A stretch of DNA of 42,643 nt from an uncultured Alkaliflexus sp. (GTDB lineage Bacteria; Bacteroidota; Bacteroidia; Bacteroidales; Marinilabiliaceae): positions 6,472 to 49,114 of the forward strand of contig CAZJDS010000001.1 of the NCBI GenBank assembly GCA_964544795.1, written 5' to 3'. The translations under genes and the position numbers were made by a program. The notes below the pieces were generated by a model, which had not been told where the DNA came from, searched no databases, and worked only from the letters and a program-made list of their open reading frames with translations. Positions 37,417 through 42,643 of the stretch are shown here, piece after piece (position 1 is the stretch's first letter; each line of letters opens with the position of its first letter).

Positions 37417-40400
37417 TTAATAATCGTATTTATTGTTTTCGATAATCTTGTATATCTCTATGGTCTTATTTTCATCTTTGATTACTTTATAGATCGCTTC
37501 CTGAATTTCATTTTGTTTTTGAATATTTTCTCTAAAACCATCCTTTTTTGAATATTGAATGGCATCTTCACAAGTTATGGTTAAGTTTTCGTCTTGTTCC
37601 AAGTAGTTATAAATGGCACGCATCCCTATCGTTTTGATTGAGGAGGGAACATCGTCATTTTTTCCTGCTTTTACTTTTTTAATCAATTCAGCCGCTTTTT
37701 TCAAGTGTTCTATATAGTCTAGCACTCCTTTCTTTCGTTGCTCAATCAATTCATAGAGCAATCTCGACATCTTCTCAAAATACTTGGGATCCAAAAGATG
37801 TTTCTCTACAATTTTAGATGGTTTCGGCTATGGCTTCGGGATTTGACTTAATACCTTCAGGTAGTTTTTCAACTGCCTCAAAAATATCCGACTCCAAAAG
37901 GTCTAACAACGAAATATCTTCGAATGGCGAAATTACTTGCGACTCACTTGCCTGAATGTAGTTATCTATCAAATGTCGCATATCAGCTTCATAAGCCTTT
38001 AAATCCAATGTTTCACCACTTGCTATGCGAATGGTTTCTCTCAATTTTAAATAGAAATCCAATCGCTCTTCAAAGTGAGCTATCTCTTTTTCAGTGTAAC
38101 CCGCCAATTCCATTTCGGCTTTTATATTGGCATAAGCTCTGATATAAGCTACAATGGCTTTGTACAAGGCAACTCTTTTGTACTCATTGGTTTTAAGGTC
38201 AGATGGAATTTCTGTATTTCCACAGAAATAATGAATATAATCTAAATCTGATTTGGGGATTTCAACAGCTTCGCAAAGTGCTTCTAACTCTTCCAACGAA
38301 TTTTCAATACGTTCACGAGCCATTTGAAGGCGGTCTTTCAACTGGATTTCAACATCTTCTTTATTAAAGTTTTCTATGTCCAATTCGGAAGTATAAACAT
38401 CTATGGCATCCGTTACCTTCCCGAATAGTTCCATATAGTCCACAATATAACCAAAGTCTTTGTCATCAGTATCTAAGCGGTTTGTTCTGCATATTGCCTG
38501 AAACAAAGTATGGTCTTGCATCTTTTTATCTATGTAGATGTAAGAACAGGGAGGAGCATCAAAACCAGTCAATAATTTAGAAACTACGACCAACAGCTTC
38601 ATTCGTGCGGGTTGTTTTATAAATAAATCCTTACTATGATCTTCGTAGGTTTCGGTTTTCGTTTTACCTGCTAATGGACTTACATTCGCTAAGAGGTTTT
38701 CGTAAATCTTGTAAATGTATTCCTTGTCCGTTTCTGAATATTCCCCTGTATCTTCTGTGGTAATATCTTTGGTTTGCGGATTGTAAGAGGTAATTATAGC
38801 ACATTTATTTTTGAATGGCGTATTTTGAAACAGTTCGTAATATTTACAAGCTTCGTAAATACTGGAAGCAACCAAAATCGCATTACCCTTTTCAGAGGCT
38901 AATCGTGGTTTTACGCTAAAATCAAACAAGATATCTGAAACGATTTTGTCCATTCGGGAACGGGAACTCAATACACGTTGCATTGTTCCCCATCGTTTTT
39001 TCAATTCCGATTTTTGAAAATCATTCAAGCCTTTGGTCTTGGCTTCAAACCACGCATCTACTTTATCCTGTGAAGATAGATTTTGTTCAATATCCCTGCC
39101 TTCATAAACTAAATCTTTTACTACGCCATCAGCCACGGCTTCGTTAAATTTATAGGTGTGGATATATCTCCCGAACACATCCATAGTGGTTTGTTTGTCT
39201 TTTTTTAGAAGCGGAGTACCTGTAAATCCTATGAAAGCAGCTTCCTGTAGTATCGCCTTCATCGTTTCGTTAAGTTTACCACTTTGGGTACGATGGCACT
39301 CATCTACAAATACAAACAGATTTCCCTGTACAGGCAACGGGTTGTTTTTAACCTCTGTGATAAATGCTTTATAATTCGTTTCTCCTTTGTTGCCAAATTT
39401 GTGAATAAGCGAAGCAATCAATCGGGGTTTGGGTTGTGTTAAAAACTGCATCAATTCCTTTCCTGAACGGGTACGGGCTATCTGTTCGCCCATATTCTCA
39501 AAATTATCGGCAATTTGTTTGTCCAACTCTGTTCGGTCGGTCAGCAATACCACACGGGAATTACTCACATTTTCCAGAACCCATTTGGCAAGTATAATCA
39601 TCAGGATACTTTTTCCCGAACCTTGTGTGTGCCAAATAATGCCACCTTCGTTTTGGCGGATGAAGTTTTGAGCTTCTTTTAATGCAAAATACTGGTGCGG
39701 ACGAGGCAGTTTTTTCACCCCTGCATCAAAGATGACCGCATTATAAATGATGTCTAAAAAACGTTCTTTATTGCATAGTTTTTTAAGATACTTATCTAAT
39801 TTATAACCTTCATTATCCAATTCGTCTTCTTTCCAAGACAAATAGTACTTTTCGGGCGTTTCGATGGTGCCATACTTTAATCCTTGTGTATTATTTCCGG
39901 CAAGGATAAACTGAATGGTCGTGAAAAAGTTTTCGTTGAACTTTTCTTTTTGGTTAGATATATTTTGACGAATACTTTCGGAAATATCAACAACGCCTCG
40001 TTTTAATTCTAAAACACCCAAAGCAATACCATTTACATACAGCACAATATCGGGTCTTCGCGTCTTATTTCCTCTTAATGTTACTTCCTCTGCAATGCCA
40101 AAATCGTTATTGCTCCAATTTTCCCATTCTATTAAATGGACAGTTTGATGATGTTCTCCAATATTTTCTTTGGCTTTCACCCCATAACGAAGCAGTGCAT
40201 AAAAGTTTTTATTGCGTTCATAAATATTCCCTGCATTGGTTTGCCCCAATTGCACGGATTCCTGCACGGCTTTATTAACAAGAGATTTTGAATAACCTTG
40301 TTTTTCTAAAAACGCTTTTAGGTAAATCTCTTCTACATTACTGTTATGCTCTCGCTCTTCCCAATTGCCATAATAGGTATAGCCCAATTCTTTAAAAAGT

Positions 40401-40444
40401 TGGATGATGCGGGTTTGTGTCAGTCGTTCTATTGGGTTTATCAT
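37417..40444 (-). pseudogene. hsdR: Type I restriction endonuclease subunit R, split by a frameshift near 37816
   Basis: PDIVLYVNG..ELK nuclease, HTQGSGKS, DECHR, FTGTP, LTGFD, QAICRTNR. ORF stops at EAIAETI* while KIVEKHLLDPKYFEKMS continues in the next frame to 37417. Confidence 0.85.
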
Positions 40445-40463
40445 AATAGTTAATTATTACAGT

Positions 40464-42266
40464 TTACTTGGTCGTTTTATAGGCTTGGTCTGGATGGTTG
40501 GGTAAGTCAGGATGTTTTCTTGCCAGTTTTCCTTCTTTGACTAATTGATTTATAACTCGATTTTTCAAATGTTTTTCTGATCTATCCGTAGCGATTGCAA
40601 TTTCTCTTACGGTTCGGAACTCATTTTGGCAAAAAGCCAATATTTTATCTGCTAACTTTTTGCTCACATTTGAGGTGTCCACATTTGAGGTGTCCACATT
40701 TGAGGTGTCCACATTTGAGGTGTCCACATTAAAATTTTTATTGAGATGATAGGTCGTCCATCTACCACTGTTTTCTGATACTAAATATCCTTTTTTACAC
40801 AAATCCTGTAACATTTGAGTAATATCTACTTTGTGTTTTTGCAGGTTGCTTTGTAGTCTATTATTGGTTATTTCTCCTTCAATTTGACAAAAGGACAATA
40901 TAGTTAACTCATCTTTTCCAACAGAAATAATATCATTCCCAAATATTTGTTTCAATTCAGATAGCGTTTCCTCCGGAATCATACTGAACATGGGCAAGTT
41001 CAATTCAACTCTATCTGGTTGGCTAAACGTTTCAATATACGGTCTCCTCCAATGAGCATATTCCCAACCCGACATAATTTTATTTACTCCACTTCCTGCT
41101 TTTTCAGCACTTCCCATCATCATAAACATTCTTTGTAGATTAGGATTTCTACATTCACTTATTCCACCACTATAATATTGATGTTTGGAAACTAAAAGAG
41201 TTCCAGGATTAGAAAAAGTATATCTGTCCTTTCTCATTTCAATAATAATATTTCCCTGCGCCGAATAATCCGTGTGAACTAAACTATTCACGAATGCTTC
41301 TCTTAATGCTATATGAGTAGGGGTTTCGTCTTTTCTTCTTCCTTTTTCAATTTGAAAAGGTTTTGGAAGTTTGGAAGAAATTACAGGCCACACTTTCAGA
41401 TAAAACTCAAACAAGTTTGCCTCCCAAGTACCGTTAGGATAGATACGGTCTGTCCATCGTATATTTTCATTATCAGAAAGTATTTCTCTGAAATCAGGAA
41501 AAAAATTAGGAACACATTCTTGATCGGTTATACTCGATTCTTTTCCGAACATTACAAGCCCTGCCAAAGTAAACCCTTCAGTTTTGGTGGCTCTATCCAA
41601 TCTATATCCGCCCAGCTTTTTCAGTAATTCCATATCGTCCAATACCAACCAAGGATGCGATGAATTGTTGGCAGAAAAAAGCTGACGGTATTTTCGCAAA
41701 CTATTTAAATCAATATCGTCTATGGTAAAATTTTCAAGAATACGACTATCCTGATGCAAGGTTATATCTGCATCTGCCAACATGCGTCTTACTTCGGCAT
41801 CAGTACATCGGTAATCTCCTTCAAAATTTCTTTTATAAGTGTTTTTAAACGGGTTTTTGGTTAAAAATACAGGCTTTTCGTTCCGCTTTGCCAATGGAAT
41901 ATTAAAAACCAATATTTTTTTGCCTTCGGTTTCAATTACGCTTACATCTTCATTTTTAAGAAGATTAACATTAACGGTCTCGGGATTATTAACAGCATTC
42001 CAAAAGTCTTTTTGAATTTTTTGAATTTGGTCGTTGTTTAATCCTTCAATTTTAAATGAACCTTTTTTCTCGGATACACCCAATACAATAATTCCACCTG
42101 ATGTATTGGCAAAACCTGAATAGGTTTTCCAAAAATCGTTTGGGAAACCTCCTTGCGCAGATTTATATTCTAACTCTTCAAACTCAGTATCAGGAAACGC
42201 ATCTGCGATAGAATGTATAATGGGCAAACCATTAAAGTCGAATAAATCTAACTGTCTTGTTTCCAT
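40464..42266 (-). CDS. Schlafen/AlbA_2 + HATPase_c_4 + winged-helix protein embedded in the type I R-M operon
   Basis: EELEYKSA...FANTSGGIIVLGV (AlbA_2); ALREAFVNSLVHTDY, NPG, RNPNL, EKAGSGV (HATPase_c_4); two C-terminal wHTH-like segments ending HPDQAY. Confidence 0.87.
   Translation of the reverse strand: METRQLDLFDFNGLPIIHSIADAFPDTEFEELEYKSAQGGFPNDFWKTYSGFANTSGGIIVLGVSEKKGSFKIEGLNNDQIQKIQKDFWNAVNNPETVNVNLLKNEDVSVIETEGKKILVFNIPLAKRNEKPVFLTKNPFKNTYKRNFEGDYRCTDAEVRRMLADADITLHQDSRILENFTIDDIDLNSLRKYRQLFSANNSSHPWLVLDDMELLKKLGGYRLDRATKTEGFTLAGLVMFGKESSITDQECVPNFFPDFREILSDNENIRWTDRIYPNGTWEANLFEFYLKVWPVISSKLPKPFQIEKGRRKDETPTHIALREAFVNSLVHTDYSAQGNIIIEMRKDRYTFSNPGTLLVSKHQYYSGGISECRNPNLQRMFMMMGSAEKAGSGVNKIMSGWEYAHWRRPYIETFSQPDRVELNLPMFSMIPEETLSELKQIFGNDIISVGKDELTILSFCQIEGEITNNRLQSNLQKHKVDITQMLQDLCKKGYLVSENSGRWTTYHLNKNFNVDTSNVDTSNVDTSNVDTSNVSKKLADKILAFCQNEFRTVREIAIATDRSEKHLKNRVINQLVKEGKLARKHPDLPNHPDQAYKTTK
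40665..40730. repeat. Perfect 15-bp tandem repeat, 4 copies plus 6 bp, encoding (NVDTS)4
   Basis: CACATTTGAGGTGTC starts at 40665, 40680, 40695 and 40710, followed by CACATT. Confidence 0.97.
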
Positions 42267-42271
42267 AGTTA

Positions 42272-42643
42272 CTAATTATTAAGAGTTAATCGAATCTTTC
42301 CCGTTAACAACTCTTGCATTAAGCCCTGTTTGATTTGTTGGGCTTTTGCCAGTTTCTGTTCTAAAGCTTCTATCTCGGCATCCATATCGGAAAGAATGGT
42401 GGCGATACGGGTTTGCTCGGAAAAGGATGGGATTTTAATTTCAATAGATTCAATATCAGAAGGCTTTAAATTATTTATACTCGAACCAGATAATAGTAAA
42501 TCTATATGTACTCTATAATTATTACTCAAAAAATTTATAAATACAAAATATGGATGCACTTCTGCTGAAACTCGAAAAACTCCCATGAAAGCTCCGAATG
42601 TTCTTGTTTGACTTTCAATATTATTTGCACAAAATGCGGATTT
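42272..42643 (-). CDS. hsdS: Type I R-M specificity subunit S, C-terminal part; starts beyond the window
   Basis: Frame open to the window end; PSFSEQTRIATILSDMDAEIEALEQKLAKAQQIKQGLMQELLTGKIRL is the conserved HsdS C-terminal helix. Confidence 0.93.
   Translation of the reverse strand, partial: KSAFCANNIESQTRTFGAFMGVFRVSAEVHPYFVFINFLSNNYRVHIDLLLSGSSINNLKPSDIESIEIKIPSFSEQTRIATILSDMDAEIEALEQKLAKAQQIKQGLMQELLTGKIRLTLNN

Noticed and set aside
37801-37820. Programmed frameshift or phase-variable tract explaining the hsdR split
   Set aside because: No slippery heptamer or long homopolymer, and residues appear to be missing, which favours a deletion.
40665-40730. CRISPR array
   Set aside because: Units are contiguous 15-mers without spacers, in frame inside a CDS, and no cas genes are present.
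1-42643. tRNA, rRNA, integrase, transposase or alternative genetic code
   Set aside because: None recognised; core genes end at expected lengths with TAA, TAG and TGA all used as stops.

Overview
Chromosomal window of a Bacteroidota bacterium (TAnnTTTG promoters, Gld/Spr/Por genes; Marinilabiliales-like by inference). Bases 1-31.9 kb are mostly core genes: a glycosyltransferase (partial), radical SAM protein, orphan histidine kinase, holB-PSP1-gldH-trmB-ATL, mrp-nifU, sprE-porX-tsaE-ald-like, an NtrC-like regulator, ruvA-sprA-NlpC/P60-gcvH, a thiL-like gene and rimP-nusA-infB. After the infB terminator an accessory region on the minus strand begins. It holds a metal cassette (membrane AraC, secreted DUF6448-like protein with a predicted N-terminal His-Cys-Asp, HMA chaperone, P1B ATPase with CPG/HE motifs), a decayed HATPase-wHTH gene remnant, and a type I R-M operon (hsdS partial, Schlafen/AlbA_2-HATPase-wHTH, hsdR, YgjP-like). 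Best leads: (i) the Schlafen-like gene sits between hsdS and hsdR as PrrC does, starts with a perfect beta-clamp motif QLDLF and carries a 15-bp VNTR, next to a frameshifted hsdR; (ii) the metal cassette with a nickel-hook-like N-terminus; (iii) several intact ORFs (ThiL, NtrC AAA+, Ald-like) that have lost canonical catalytic residues. Family calls come from motif recognition and remembered consensus sequences only; no searches were run.
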